Shown here: piece after piece, positions 12,501 through 27,500 of the stretch | Layout: every line of letters begins with the position of its first letter | Position numbering within the stretch: the first letter of the stretch is position 1 | Assembly (NCBI RefSeq): GCF_022045235.1 | Contig: NW_027266275.1 | Span: forward strand, 41,168,001 to 41,232,000 | Reading direction: 5' to 3' | DNA from: Haliotis cracherodii | Taxonomy: Eukaryota | DNA length: 64,000 bases | Notes under the pieces: model-generated | Seen by the model: only the letters and a program-made list of their open reading frames with translations | Database searches by the model: none | What the model was told of the DNA's origin: nothing | Translations under genes and position numbers: made by a program

Positions 12501-15500
12501 GGGCATCTCGGCGCAGCACACCCATGTCCAGCATCAGTACCTACTATCGGAGTACTCAGGGACTGCCACGCAAGACGACAAGGAAAGACTCAGTCGTGAA
12601 GATGACACTGAAGGGCCTCACAACCCTAGCTGTAAGTATTGTAGCCTGTAAGGATGCCAGGTAGAATAGATGCTTCATGCTTGTTGTAAGAGCCTTTGTC
12701 GTGAGGAGTGGGTAGTTACTAGGGGATGGCTATTGGATGATTAAAGTGTAGCACAGTATTTTACAATGCACAAAGCTGTATTGCAATTCTATCACAATAT
12801 ATGGTATAATTCAAAATTTTGACCAGTCATCTAAGGCGCCGCAATTTGCTGTGCAGAGTTGCATCCCTTGGGCACGCCAGAAACCTATGAATGTGGGTTC
12901 GAATCCCGGTTTCCCCCGATTATGTTTCCAGGTTTGTCAGCACCATACCCTTGCTCGTGGGCTTCACCGAAGTGGTAAACATCTTAGACCTGCATCACTT
13001 CGGGCTTTTCTCCCACATTAAGCTGACACGCCGCGATATAATTGGAATATTGTTAAAAGCGGCATAAAACCAAACTCACTCACTCACTCACTCAAAATTT
13101 TGAATTCAGAAGCAATCTGAATCATCAATGCAGAAATTGAAGTTTCTTGGAACAAAACAAGATGTTGGAACAACATAATGTTCGCTCATTCAATAAATAC
13201 GCAAGTATGCACGCTCTTGGCCAGCGATGACTTGGTGTTACACAACTGCCACAGAGGAACTTGCACTTTGGAATTATGGAAACATTTTGAAGCTACATGT
13301 TTGTAGCATTAAACACATGATAAAAATCACAATTTGAAATCACCTGAGGTGCAGAGCTTTTTAAACATGACATTGTGATAAGTATCATGGATCAGTTTAC
13401 TGATATACCGGTAATATCAGGCACCCTTAGTAGTTACAATGTGTGATCAGGTTGAGTGTATGTTAGCATACACTGTTGTGTTTATCATTGCTCATGCTAT
13501 CAATCACTGGTTTGCCTGCCCCAGGTGTTGGTATTTGCATGTAGTTTTGCCAGTTATAGGTGGAATGTTGCAGTGTTAAACATGTAATTGATGGCTTTGG
13601 GAAGGACAACTACCTCTACCAATTACAAAGTGACATGGCTTCTGAAACTGCTTCTGATTTGACAAACTCCAATCAAAGTAATTATGGACAAGTCTTTAAG
13701 ATAAGTTTGTAGATAAAATATATGTCTAAATAGACAGTAAAACCTCAGACTTAACACTTTGTGTTTGATGCTTTTTCTGCGTTTCCAGCCTCATATTGCA
13801 GACTTCCTTGCTATGCTGAAGTAGTGCTAATCGAGTTTTATCTTAAGTTGTTTTCGTCATACACATTGACTCGGTCAGTTCATTTACTTTCCTTTAGGGA
13901 GCTCGCAGAAATCTCCGTACAAAGAAAGGCATGAAAAATCGAAGTTACGCCCCAGCAAGCATGGCTGAGGATATGATGGATGCGTCCAGCTACACCCCAT
14001 CCCAGGTATATGTAGGTCATCAGTCTTTCTCTGCATGCTGTACAGGCCTGGAAATGCATGCAGGACCACACACATAGCCTTGTGGTGACTGATGGGCAGA
14101 TTAGGTCATGCTTGTTGTTAGATCATTGGATGCTCACAATGTTTGACATTCTTCTGATTTGGGGCCTTGCTATCAGCCACTGGTTTGCTGAACTTGATTA
14201 TCAATACACCATGTATGCCATCATGATATAACTAGAATACTAGGACATTATATGACATTGACTTACCCCATGGGGACCCAGGTTAGAATAGGTCCCCAGT
14301 TTGCTCTCTGTTGCTTATCCTAAGGGCAACTAACATGGATCAGGTTGTACAGCTTGGTGAATGGGTTGATTCTGTGTTATACCCTGATGGCACTGGACTA
14401 GCTATTAATATCGGCCACTAGTCGGGTGTCCCAGTCTATTTATATGCAGCCGTATATACCATGTATACTGAGGGTTTGTACAGGCTTGAAAAAGTTTTGA
14501 ATTTTAAGGTCCCTCTTGAAAATACCTTGATTATTAATGTCAACCTGGAACAGACTAGAAAGTCACCAAAATAGCTTGAAAAGCCTTGAATTTGTACAGA
14601 ATGACATATAGTTGTTGATCAGAGTAATAAAGCACCCACAAATATGTACAAAGATGTTTTAGTGAGATTTATCACAGACCTAATTTAATATTTCAGTTGG
14701 CTGAAAAATAAATCTTGTTGGAAAATGTGTGATGGTCATACTGCTTTTTAGCTACAGTAATACATAGTATGGTGGATTTAATAGAATATTGACAGACCAA
14801 GGCTAATAAACCCAACTTAAAAAACCTTGAAAATAACAGTTGGCAGCCTTGAAAAGCCTTACAAAAGCCTTGAAGTGTTCCATATCTGTATGAACCTGTC
14901 ACATGTGATCAACTTGCATGCCTATCAGTACCCACTTGTGCCATCCAGAGATTACCCAAGTTCTATGTCCTCTGCAGCCCATGACTGAGGACCACTTCAG
15001 CCTGGAGGACGATGTGTTCTATGACGAACCCGTGTCAGACATAGAGCCTTCCAAACTGGACCGAATTCGGGAGGAGTCAGATGTTGCTGATGCCAAAGCT
15101 GCCCGGGATATTGGGTAATGATGGATGCATGGTAGCACTGTTCGTGATGAGCTGTAGCTGGTTAGCTCACCTGGACAGAATGGGAGTATATGTCATGGCT
15201 CGTTGTCGTCCATTGTCCAGCCTTGCATCCATCCATTAGCACTGAGCTTAAAATGTTCAAAATGGCCAACATATAAGTACATTTAAGTGAAAAATATTCT
15301 GAAATCTCACATAGGATATTTATTACTCATAGAGTTAGAAATAACAGTTCATAAAACGTGTATGTGCACTTGTGCAAATACTAATCACATTTAGTGTTTA
15401 CGTCATCTGGACAGCATTGTTGACGACATTGGAATTTTATTGTGACTTAAGGTCTGAATGAAGTCACACTAGAAACGGTGTCAATGCTGAATACTGTTCA

Positions 15501-18500
15501 TGTCTTTCAAAAATTGAGGTTTTCTAAGACAGCGGTCATGATCAGTGCAGGGGAACTCAAAAGAATTAAGAAATAATGGGTAATAAAGAAATTATTATAC
15601 TCGCATGTGTGTGATACTTATTTTACAAAATTGGTGTAGGAAGTCAGGTATTACCCTCACTTTCACTCGGGAAGGACAAGAAGTTTGACACTTGTTTCAT
15701 AAAATCAATTGATACCCATGCTAGTATAATAATTTATATATAAAAAATGCCTTGGAGAGCAGGAAATACAATTTAAATGGTAAATCATCATGTCTAGTAA
15801 TGTTTTATATCAAATTTCATACTTTTATTGACCAAGTTTGTTATACCTGTTTATTCACCTGAATTTGCTGAAGGGATATCATGTGTTTTTTTGAAAGCGC
15901 ATATTAATATATATGAATTATTTTACACTATGAATCATAAACAATTTCTATTCTAATCTTTTTTTAAACTCTGAAACTTCAACGTAGATTATGTTAGGTA
16001 GGCATAGCATGTATACTGTTTTGTTAAATCACTGAACATCTATAACGCTCATCAATTATTTGGCCCCCGAAGGTAGTGTTGTAGCGAAGGATCACTGTAC
16101 CATGATTCCATTTGTATGTGTTCTTAAATGCTGACCTGTAACTATTCCAGTAGCATTTTATATAAGTGTTGACAACAACTCTCATGGTGACACAACATTT
16201 ACAACATCTTGACCTTCAGACCTGCTGCAGGGTGGCGTCGAACCCCGCCCCAAGCCTACCCCTCCACACCAGGGACGGGCATGGATGAGGTAGACTTTGG
16301 AATGGGTCAGATTACACAGAAGGTGATGGACTCAATACTGGAGAGGAACAAGCGTAATGTTGGGATGGGATTTGTGGGTCGCCTCATGAATCGGAGCTTC
16401 AGGAGTGACCGACAGACAGAGGATGTCAAGCATCAGATCGATGAGATGGATGATCACAGGTAGGCAGCAGATTAGGCCACACATTCCTTTTCAGATTAAA
16501 TCCTCCATGGGGCACTTATTGCATTTTCCTTGCTCAAGAAAATCTACTTGACATAGTTGTAACCATTTTTCCTTAATAAAAAATGTTACCACACAAAAAA
16601 CTTCGTTTTTGTATGATATACGACCACCTTTACAGTGCCTCACCCTCCATGGCGCCCCGCACAGGGGGAGTAACTCTCACCCAAATCACTTTCCTTTATG
16701 TCATTCGACTGTCAAGAGGTTTGAAATTTTCAAGAAAGTTTCAAAGAGGAACCTAATCGTTCACTAAGAGACCATGACTGACCAAACTGTATGTATGGTA
16801 CATTTCTTTCCTTGCAAAGGCGTAAGACCTCGCATTGTAAAGTTATAGTGTTGTAATTCTAATAGGAGAAACGCCCCGAGCACGGTACATTTGAATTCAA
16901 ATGGCTGTAATGGCGTCCATTGTGTAGTTCCACTGTCTGACACATGCAACACCAAGGCCATCAAAACGGCTTGGTTTTTTGTTATATCATACAGAATTGA
17001 ACTACAGGTTTTCCTTTACATAAACCCAAGGTGGTGTGCTATATTATAACTACACTTACCTTTTTTACGGGTTTTACACCTTAGCGTGTAACACGCCCCT
17101 TTGGTGTTAAAATTATACTACTGACATTGGCTATTAGTATCACGTTACAAATTGCATTCTACATTACGCCTTTGCTTCTGTTTTCACAATTTTGCATGTA
17201 TCTTTCCGATCTTTATATCGCTCTGATACACTATTACCCCCGCCCAACTCAGAATATATGGTCTTTTTTATAGACCTTCAAACTTTGTTCGGGATGTGGG
17301 TCGAACATCCCACCCCAGGACCAGCATTCAAGCTGCCTGGAGTGTTTGGTAGAAAGGGGGCAAAAAGGGAGTTTACCCCTAGGACTATGAAGCGTCGGCA
17401 CACCGACCTCATCCACTTTAAGGGTTACACCCAAGAAGGCCATTCCCCCCCCCCCCCCCCCTCCCCCCCCCCCTGTCTAAAAAGGGTAAAAATAAGGCAA
17501 AATCTACGCCTTCTGCTAAAGTCTCCTCCGCCCCCTCTCTGAGGGCCGGTGGAGAGGGCTCTAGGGTCCCCAAGGTTCCTACACCTGCACCCTCTTTGAC
17601 AGACATTTTTCTGATTTACTTAAGTCGCAGATGGCGTCGATGATGGAGGTGGTTAAGTCCCAACTCCGAGAGGAGCTACGGGCTGGGCCTTCCCCGTTGT
17701 CGGCACCGGACGAGGCCTCGAGGCCCTGTGGAATGCCCGGCGTCGGCCGAGGTAGGCCACTTGGCCTCGGGGACGATCCGAGACCGGGCTTCGGCTCCGG
17801 CTCGAGGTCGCTCCCCAGCGGAGGGGTGGCAGGCGCTGGCTCGTTAACTTCCTCCGCACCTTTTTCCCTAGCGGAGCCAGATGCCTTCTCCAAGGCCGAG
17901 GCTTCCACTAGTGGATCTGTGGCCCAGAGCCAGCCATGAACCCTCGGGACCGGGACTCGGCTTAGGGCCGGGGGCAGCCCGGGTATGCGAAGGCCCAGGC
18001 CTTTGGGTGTCCTCTTCCTATCTTGTCCGCTTACTCTCTCGAGGATGAGTCAATTATGGTCGGCTTGGAATCGAGAGAGGAGGAGTGGTTGGAGGAGGGA
18101 GGGGATGACTCGGAGGCTTCGGGGACATTCTCCTTTGTATCCTCGTTGAGGCACGTACGGGACAAGATCGTCCAGGTACTGCCTCAGGTGGCTGCGCCCA
18201 TGCCCGCGTCGGATCCGACTGAGTTCCACCTTCCGGGGGATGCCTTTGCTCCTAGCAAAGCGCCCAAGGTGCGGCTCCACATTTTGTCCAGCTTGGCGCA
18301 CGAGGTCATTGATCCTCTGCTTTCGGTGCCCACAGGAAGTTTGACCTGCCTGAACTTATTAAGCGGTACCCCTTAGCAGAGGACGGTGATTTCGAGGTTC
18401 CAGTGGTCAACAAATGCATCTGGACTTCTGTTGCCCCCCTTTCCCATGTTCGGTGCAGAGCTGAAGGCTGCATACGTTTGCTTCGAAGAGCAATACCATA

Positions 18501-21500
18501 ATGCATGCCAACAGCTTCGCGTCTCCATACACTCCGCCTATCTGTCTGCAGTACAGAAGGGGTGGGGGGGGGGGGGGGGGGGGGGGGGGGTTCGAGTTCT
18601 GGAATTGTGAATAAGCCACACATCACTGGCTATTTCATAGTATATGGTCAACCGCGCCCTGTCTCTAGCCCCCGCCTCTCGACGGTGGTGCCTCACGATA
18701 AGGTTGGTTCCATTTATTGAACTCTTTTTTTTATTAATTGAAATAATCTGAATACGATGTATTTATTTAAGCTTGTTGCGGACGGATGCCACTTCCTAGA
18801 TTATCTTTAGGAGTCTGTCTTGATGCGATAAGTGCCCCAAGGAGGATTTAATCTGAAAGAGAATTTTACAAACCTGTAGAGGTTATGAATTCTCTGATGA
18901 AATCCTCCTTGGGGCACTGCCACCCACCTCCCCACATTCCGTCAGCATTAGACATATGGAAAGGAATTTGGGTGAGAGTTACTCCCCCTGGTGCGGGGGC
19001 GCCGTGGAGGGTGAGGCACTGTAAAGGTGGTTGTATATCATACAAAAACGTTTTTTTTGTGTTGTAACATTTTTTATTAAGGAAAAATGGTTACAACTAT
19101 GTCATGTAGATTTTCTTGAGCAAGGAAAATGCAATAAGTGCCCCAAGGAGGATTTCATCAGAGAATTCATAACGGTTAACCTCTACAGGTTTGTAAAAGT
19201 TTGTGTCATATTTCTGAAGGTTCTTGTTGAATGTGCAGTAAAGACAAAATTTAACATGTAACATGTTTTCAGAATTCCATTTTGGTTGAAAAAAAAGTTG
19301 GTTTTGAAGTTAAACAATAAGAAAAACAAATGGATAGTTATCAGCAAATTTTCCAAACAATCATGATGATGAGGATTCCTATTTTGTTTGTTTTGGATTT
19401 TTGTTTATTTTTTAAGACATCCACAAACAATGGAAAAAAGAAACTTTGTCTTCAAACAAATTTGTAGGGGAAATTCTCTGTACAGCTTATAGTTGTTACT
19501 TATTTGTAGAGATACAGTTCGATGACTTGTCTTCCTATTTATGAAAGTGTGTGGCTTGTGCAGCCTGAAGCTGGTGCTGAGATCTACAGCTTGTTTCAGA
19601 CCCTACTTCACCTACTGGGTCACCTTCGTCCAGATTGTTGTCTTCATTGTGTCTGTTGCTGTCTATGGCATCGCTCCTATCGGCATCAGTGAGACTGTCT
19701 ACTCTGAAACTGTAAGTTCAAGAAAATGATCTATTTAAGTAGAGATATTCCTCAGTAAGTCCTGAAACTGTTCACCAATGCACCTATATATAAGCCTCAA
19801 CAGTTTGATATGTTCCATTCTGTGTCTATGCCCATATTTCTTTATTGCAATTACAACGCACGGAATGTAAGCATGGGCAGTACAACACAGAACATGTAAA
19901 GATGGGCACTACAAAAACATAGGCCATGCTTATATGCCCTTGTTGTACTACCCATACTTAAATGCCCTTTGTTGTACATGTTGTACTTTCCATGCTTACA
20001 TGCCCTGTGTTAAACTGTCCATACTTACATGCCCTGTGTTGTACATGTTGTACTGTCCATACTTACATGCCCTGTGTTGTACTGTCCATACCTACATGCC
20101 ATTTGTTGTACTGTCCATGCTTACATGCCCTGTGTTGTACATGTTGTACTGTCCATACCTACATGCCATTTGTTGTACTGTCCATGCTTACATGCCCTGT
20201 GTTGTACATGTTGTACTGTCCATACTTACATGCCCTGTGTTGTACTGTCCATACTTACATGCCCTGTGTTGTACATGTTGTACTGTCCATACTTACATGC
20301 CCTGTGTTGTACTGCCCATACTTACATGCCCTGTGTTGTACATGTTGTACTGTCCATACTTACATGCCCTGTGTTGTACTGTCCATACTTACATGCCCTG
20401 TGTTGTACATGTTGCACTGTCCATACTTACATGCCCTGTGTTGTACTGTCCATGCTTACATGCCCTGTGTTGTACATGTTGTACTGTCCATACTTACATG
20501 CCCTGTTTTGTACTGTCCATACTTACATGCCCTGTGTTGTACATGTTGTACTGCCCATACTTACATGCCCTGTGTTGTACTGCCCATACTTACATGCCCT
20601 GTGTTGTACTGTCCATACTTACATGCCCTGTGTTGTACATGTTGTACTGTCCATACTTACATGCCCTGTGTTGTACTGTCCACACTTACAGTTACATGCC
20701 CTGTGTTGTACATGTTGTACTGCCCATACTTAAATGCCCTGTGTGGTACTGTCCATACTTTCATGCCCTGTGTTGTACTGTACACACTTACATGCCCTGT
20801 GTTGTACTGCCCATACTTACATGCCCCGTGTTGTACATGTACTGTCCATGCCTACATGCCCTGTGTTGTAGCTCATACTCACATGCCCTGTGTTGTACTG
20901 CTCATGCCTACATGTCCTATGTTATTGGTGTGCATGCCTACATGCCCTGTGTTGTACTGCTCATGCCTACATGCCCTGTGTTGTACTGCTCAAGCCTACA
21001 TGCCTTGTGTTGTAGGTGCGCATGCCTACATGCCCTGTGTTGTACTGCTCAAGCCTACATGCCTTGTGTTGTAGGTGCGCATGCCTACATGCCCTGTGTT
21101 GTACTGCTCATGCCTATATGCCCTGTGTTGTACTGCTCAAGCCTACATGCCTTGTGTTGTAGGTGTGCATACCTACATGCCCTGTGTTGTACATGTACTG
21201 TCCATACTCACATGCCCTGTGTTGTACTGCTCATGCCTACATGCCTTGTATTGTAGGTGCGCATGCCCAACCTTGCCATGCAGCTGGAGCATCACCGGGA
21301 GAGAGACAATCTGTGGATTGGGCCCAGACAGGTCTGTAATGGATAAAGCAACTGCAAAGTTATAATATAAAAATATAGACTGTTTTGTGTCAGGTTTCTG
21401 AATTAGTTCTTTCTTTTACTGTGTTTGCCACCTTGTTTCAGAAATTTGATTCAGAAACACATGTACAGAATTCACATGTTATGTTCAACAAATGTAGCAC

Positions 21501-24500
21501 AGCCTACCTTGTTCTTCATTCAAAACAGAACCTTTATGTTCCCGTTCAACTGTGAAGAAATCATACATGTAACCCCTAATGTTTCTCTTACTAATACCGA
21601 GAATGCCTCAACCAGTTCCTTGCAAAGTTCACCCCATGTTAACTTCTATAGATGGTTTGTCCAATCTTGACAGAGAAATGTATCGAATCAGAATAAGAGA
21701 GATGATGCTCGTCTTCACTGACCATAACTAATTTATCATATGTCAAGGTGTAATCTCTGTAGCTGAGTCATTCTGGGAGATGTTTGATTGTCACAGGTTT
21801 TATGGCCAGGCTACAGCAGTGTGGTTTCTTGATAACTTTGACAATATTGATGGATGGAGACCTTTTGTGTTCACTCAGTTGTGATGGTGCAGATACTGGC
21901 AAGTTCATCAAGTATGTTGAGTACAGTTCACAAATACTTCTGTAGTACCACTGATTGTGTGTTGCCTTCTACCAGGCTGACTTGATCCACCTGGGGGCCA
22001 AGTACGCTCCGTGTATGCGGTGGGACGAAACGCTGAACCGAGCCTTGGAGCTGGATACAGATGAGGAGAAGACATCGGCCTGCTGTGTGAGGAACGACGG
22101 CTCAGGATGTGCTCAGATGACAGAGAAGAGATGCAGTGTATGTAGATATTTTGTGGATGTTCCCTTCATCAAGTAGAATTAGGTATTGATAGGACAAGTA
22201 GGAAATCCACTTATATATATACATTGCAACATTATGCCTAGATTCTTGCTGTGATTTATTCCTCGTCTGATTTCAAAGTAGCAGTCACAGGGCATTCACA
22301 TCCTCTCCGCCATCCACCATCCACAAACCCCCACCATCCATCCACCCCAACTCTTGCATCCTGCAACCTGTTGATGGCTGTATTTATTTTCCAGAGTTTA
22401 TTATCTACATTCCTCAAGTGGGACAGTAACACCCCTGGGGCTGGCAACAGAACATCAGGATCAGTGTGTGGCCAGGACCCTCAGTAAGCACTATAATTAT
22501 ATATCATATTAACCCCCACAGTTCACTGTGAGTCCCTTAGGCGTTCAAGAATCACATGGTCGTAGGTTCTAATGTTTCGCCATGGTGATCATTCTTGGTT
22601 TGCCAGTACAATACACATGCTCATGAGTTTCACCAACGGTAACACTTACATCCCTTCAGGTGTTCACTCACTCACTATTATAAACAGTGGTAGGGAAGCT
22701 GCTGCAAACCAAACTAAGCAGGAACTGATGACCTTTTAAGGTATAATTCAATCTTGTTGCATAGAAACCAATGAGTAGAAAAAAATGATACTTTTGCTTG
22801 AGCTTGACTGCTTCCTTTTTTATTTCTCATCGTTTGCAAACAGATAACTAGAAATAGAACATTTCCTTGGTCCAACAACTCATAAATCAGAAAGCTTCTT
22901 GGTAACTGGAGTTAACTAGATGGACAATATCTATGTGGTGGCCGCACTACTGAAATACTGTTGAAGGCAATGTTAAGCCCAACTTATTGGTAATTTGATT
23001 TAGTTAATTCCATGTACATGACAAAGGCATGTGAAGTGTATGAATTAAATGCCCCCGTTAATTCCCTGTGTGTTCTTCCTGTAGACTCTGCACTGACCCT
23101 GCCTCTGTTCCTCCATTTGAGTGGGAGGATGACATCACCAAGTGGCCGGTAAGCATATATCACATATGACAATTTCTAGTATTCTCAATATCAAAAAGAC
23201 CAGCCTAAATGATATGTAGTTTTGAAATACTGCCATATGCATTATAACCTCATTATGGACGCCATTAATCTGGAAATCCCTCATTCAGGACAATTTCTGC
23301 TGCAAATGCTTACATGGATACAAAAACATTATTCCATACCCATGGTCCGTATTCTGGAAATATGTTAATCAGGACAATTTCACTGGGACCATATTGTCCA
23401 GATTTACAGTCTTGCACAGCATGTTTAAGTGTTCCCAGTGAGGCAATCCAGTTGTTTGATTTACAGCTTTGCAAGACAACAACCCCACTGAACCAAACCA
23501 AAGCAAGTAGTGAAAATCGGCACATGACCTGTGAGTTGGTAGGTCATCCCTGTTGCCATGGTATCCAAGGAGAGTGTTTCATCACAACTAGAGAACATTG
23601 TAATCTGAAGCGAGGCTACTACCATGAAGAAGCATTCCTATGTTCACAGGTAACGTGCTGGCTTGAACTTTGTCGCAGTACCATCTAGTGAATGGACCAT
23701 GCACATATTCCATTTCATCTGTAGCAGCTATGTTATTTAACAGTAGTTGTACTCTTAGTCAAAAAGAGGAGACAGGAGACATTTTTTTCTGTTGAAGGCA
23801 TCTGTGTGTTTAAGTTTCAGTGGATTGATTCACATGAAGCATGCAGGTTTGTCATTTTGTTATAGTCAGTCAGTTTATTGTTTTTCAAACCAAGTCAGCG
23901 AGTGTGACCACCTGATCTTGTAATTCGCCTCTTACGACAAGCATAGTCGCCTTTTACTGCAAGCATGGGTTGCTGAAGACTATTCTACCCTGGATCTTCT
24001 CGGGTTGACCGATATTTCATACCTGTATATCATACAGTTATATTACATTGCACATGCATCATGGTATTGCATTACATTTCCGTTCTAATTTTAAATACAA
24101 TATACATATATTTTGACAGGTGAAATATATTCTCAAGTATTTCACAAATAATTAAAGACATCATATTGTGGGCTTGGTTGTTTGTTAAGACTTGACATGA
24201 GTATGTGCATCGGTATACAGAGGACATACCAAACAAACATGCTTTTCAACTGCTGGACATTTACAGTGCGAGCAGAGAGTCTTCATCACCTACATGGCAT
24301 TTACCTTTACGTATGGTTTGAACACCAAAGGTATTATATCCACTTCCAATTTTTTGTTAGGTTTGTTAGGACTATGTAATGCTATATAATGAATTTCTTT
24401 TGGACGGCAACACGTAGAGATTCTCTTCATCTGTAGGTGAGTGGGGACAGTAGAAAGATGTGGGGCTGGATGTATGGTAGTGAGATGGGTAGGAATGAAA

Positions 24501-27500
24501 TTCTCAATATTTAAACTTATCCTATCTCACACTTTGCATTTCTCCCTTCTTCTTTGATCCTATGTGGGAACGTGCTTGAATCATGTTTCCAGCTTCTGAA
24601 ATAAAGATAGCCACACAAGCCCCCCTGCATCTCCATGGCTACATCCAAAAGCTAGGTCAATTAAATGCCTCTCATGCACACCGTGCCTGCTTGAACTGAC
24701 CACGTGTACACCGTGCCTGCTTGAACTGACCACATGCACACCCTGCCTGCTTGAACTGACCACATGCACACCCTGCCTGCTTGAACTGACCACTTGTACA
24801 CCGTGCCTGCTTGAACTGACCACATGCACACCGTGCCTGCTTGAACTGACCACATGCACACCGTGCCTGCTTGAACTGACCACATGCACACCGTGCCTGC
24901 TTGAACTGAACACATGCACACCGTGCCTGCTTGAACTGACCACATGCACACCGTGCCTGCTTGAACTGACCACATGCACACCCTGCCTGCTTGAACTGAC
25001 CACATGCACACCGTGCCTGCTTGAACTGACCACATGCACACCGGGCCTGCTTGAACTGACCACATGCACACCCTGCCTGCTTGAACTGACCACATGCACA
25101 CCCTGCCTGCTTGAATTGACCACATGCACACCGTGCCTGCTTGAATTGACCACATGCACACCCTGCCTGCTTGAACTGACCACATGCGCACCCTGCCTGC
25201 TTGAACTGACCACATGCACACCCTGCCTGCTTGAACTGACCACATGCACACCCTGCCTGCTTGAACTGACCACATGCACACCCTGCCTGCTTGAACTGAC
25301 CACATGCACACCGTGCCTGCTTGAACTGACCACATGCACACCGTGCCTGCTTGAACTGACCACATGCACACCGTGCCTGCTTGAACTGACCACATGCACA
25401 CCGTGCCTGCTTGAACTGACCACATACACACCCTGCCTGCTTGAATTGACCACATGCACTGCGTGCCTGCTTGAATTGACCACATGCACACCCTGCCTGC
25501 TTGAACTGACCACATGCGCACCGTGCCTGCTTGAACTGACCACATGCGCACCGTGCCTGCTTGAACTGACCACATGCACACCGGGCTTGCTTGAACTGAC
25601 CACATGCACACCCTGCCTGCTTGAACTGACCACATGCACACCCTGCCTGCTTGAACTGACCACATGCACACCCTGCCTGCTTGAACTGACCACGTGTACA
25701 CCTCTACCAAATCATTCCCTTTCTCATCGCCACCGTGTGGTGACGTGTTTGTAATATCAGAGAATATTGTTTGTCCTTCGCCAAGTTGTCAAGTATCCTA
25801 CGGCCTATAAATATGGGAAAAAAGGACAAACAATGTCCTGCTTGTAAACAATGCAGATGTACTTATTCCGCGTCCGATCCCGACTCATTATGTTGTGACA
25901 TAAATGTAGTGTTATAATTAATAAGATGTATACATAGTTCCTTTCCATGCTTGTGTTTTAGGTGAAGTGTATGCAGCAGATCTGTGGAATGATCGTGTTC
26001 TTCCACCCCGACCACCCAGACCAGTTCTACAGACTCTGGACATCTCTCTTCCTCCATGGCGGGTCAGTCACATACATGCTACATCATATAGAATAGGTCC
26101 AGCAACATCAGTCACATCCTCCAACTCAAGACAGGGCTTGTATCAGTATACATATGGTGTTCCCATGTGTATCCTTGTATGCAGTGAGGCAGTGTCAGAA
26201 ATAACTGCCTGCCTGCCTGCCCGTAGCTGGTAACTTTTCTGTCAGGCTGCATGAAATTTTCCTCCACCTGCCCGAGTCTCGGGCAGATAATTTTAAGACT
26301 ACTTACTCAGTATTCAGTTTTATAACTCCTTGTAGATTCTCAAGTAATTGTTTGCATTATTTCAACTGAATCAAGACGTTATTTGTCTCTTAGTTTTTGT
26401 GATTTTTCCATATTCATAATGTTTGAATGTGGGCATGTAACTTTGAAGATGGGCAGGCAACAGTTATGAGTCACCTGCCTGACTGTCTTGTTTGGTTTTG
26501 TAATTATTTCAAACACTACAGTGGGGTAGCACCATGGTGAAGGTGATTCCCCACTTGGATGCAATGTTCCTTGCTGTGATGTGGGAATATTGCTCAAAGC
26601 CATGTAAATCCCTCCTCACAGTCACTTATGGATGTTTTCTTGTCCTACTTATGTGATGTGAATTCCAGGGATTGGTGGAGCCTGAGGGCTCTCAAGCGTT
26701 ATTTCATTGTTTGGGGAGGGTTGGGGGTGGTGGGGTCTGACATAAAAACATACTGGGGACATAAGGCACACTAACTTCCAAATCTCTTGATGACATAAAA
26801 GCAACACTTAGCATAGTGCTTGCCCTGAAACCTTACACAAATTGTAAATTTATGATCAATGAAGAAATTGGATGTTATATATAATGACTATTCACCTCTT
26901 CTCTCAGGTTGATTCACCTGTAATATATACTGACTAATCACCTCTTCTCTCAGGTTGATTCACCTGTGATATATTCTGACAATTCACCTCTTCTCTCCAG
27001 GTTGATTCACCTGTGATATACAATGACTATTCACTGCTTCTCTCCAGGTTGATTCACCTGTGAAATATTCTGACTATTCACCTCTTCTCTCCAGGTTGAT
27101 TCACCTGTAATATATACTGCCTATTCACCTCTTCTCTCCAGGTTGATTCACCTGTAATATATACTGACTATTCACCTTTTCTCTCCAGGTTGATTCACCT
27201 GTGACATATACTGACTATTCACCTCTTCTCTCCAGGTTGATTCACCTGTAAAATATCCATGACTATTCACCTCTTCTCTCCAGGTTGATTCACCTGTGAT
27301 ATATACTGACTATTCACCGCTTCTCTCCAGGTTGATTCACCTGTAAAATATCCATGACTATTCACCTCTTCTCTCCAGGTTGATTCACCTGTGATATATA
27401 CTGACTATTCACCACTTCTCTGCAGGTTGATTCACCTGTGATATATACTGACTGTTCACCTCTTCTTTCCAGGTTGATTTACCTTTGATAAATAATGACT

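Noticed and set aside
17192-18720. GC-rich Pro/Gly/Ser ORFs as a nested host gene
   Set aside because: They lie inside the DIRS-like ITRs, are fragmented, and are driven partly by poly-C/poly-G tracts; at most gag remnants.
19934-21256. 440/370/234-aa Cys-rich 'metallothionein/keratin-like' ORFs
   Set aside because: Minisatellite translations within iRhom intron 6.
24581-25754. ([10 protein letters not shown])n ORFs
   Set aside because: A 30-bp intronic satellite, open on both strands.
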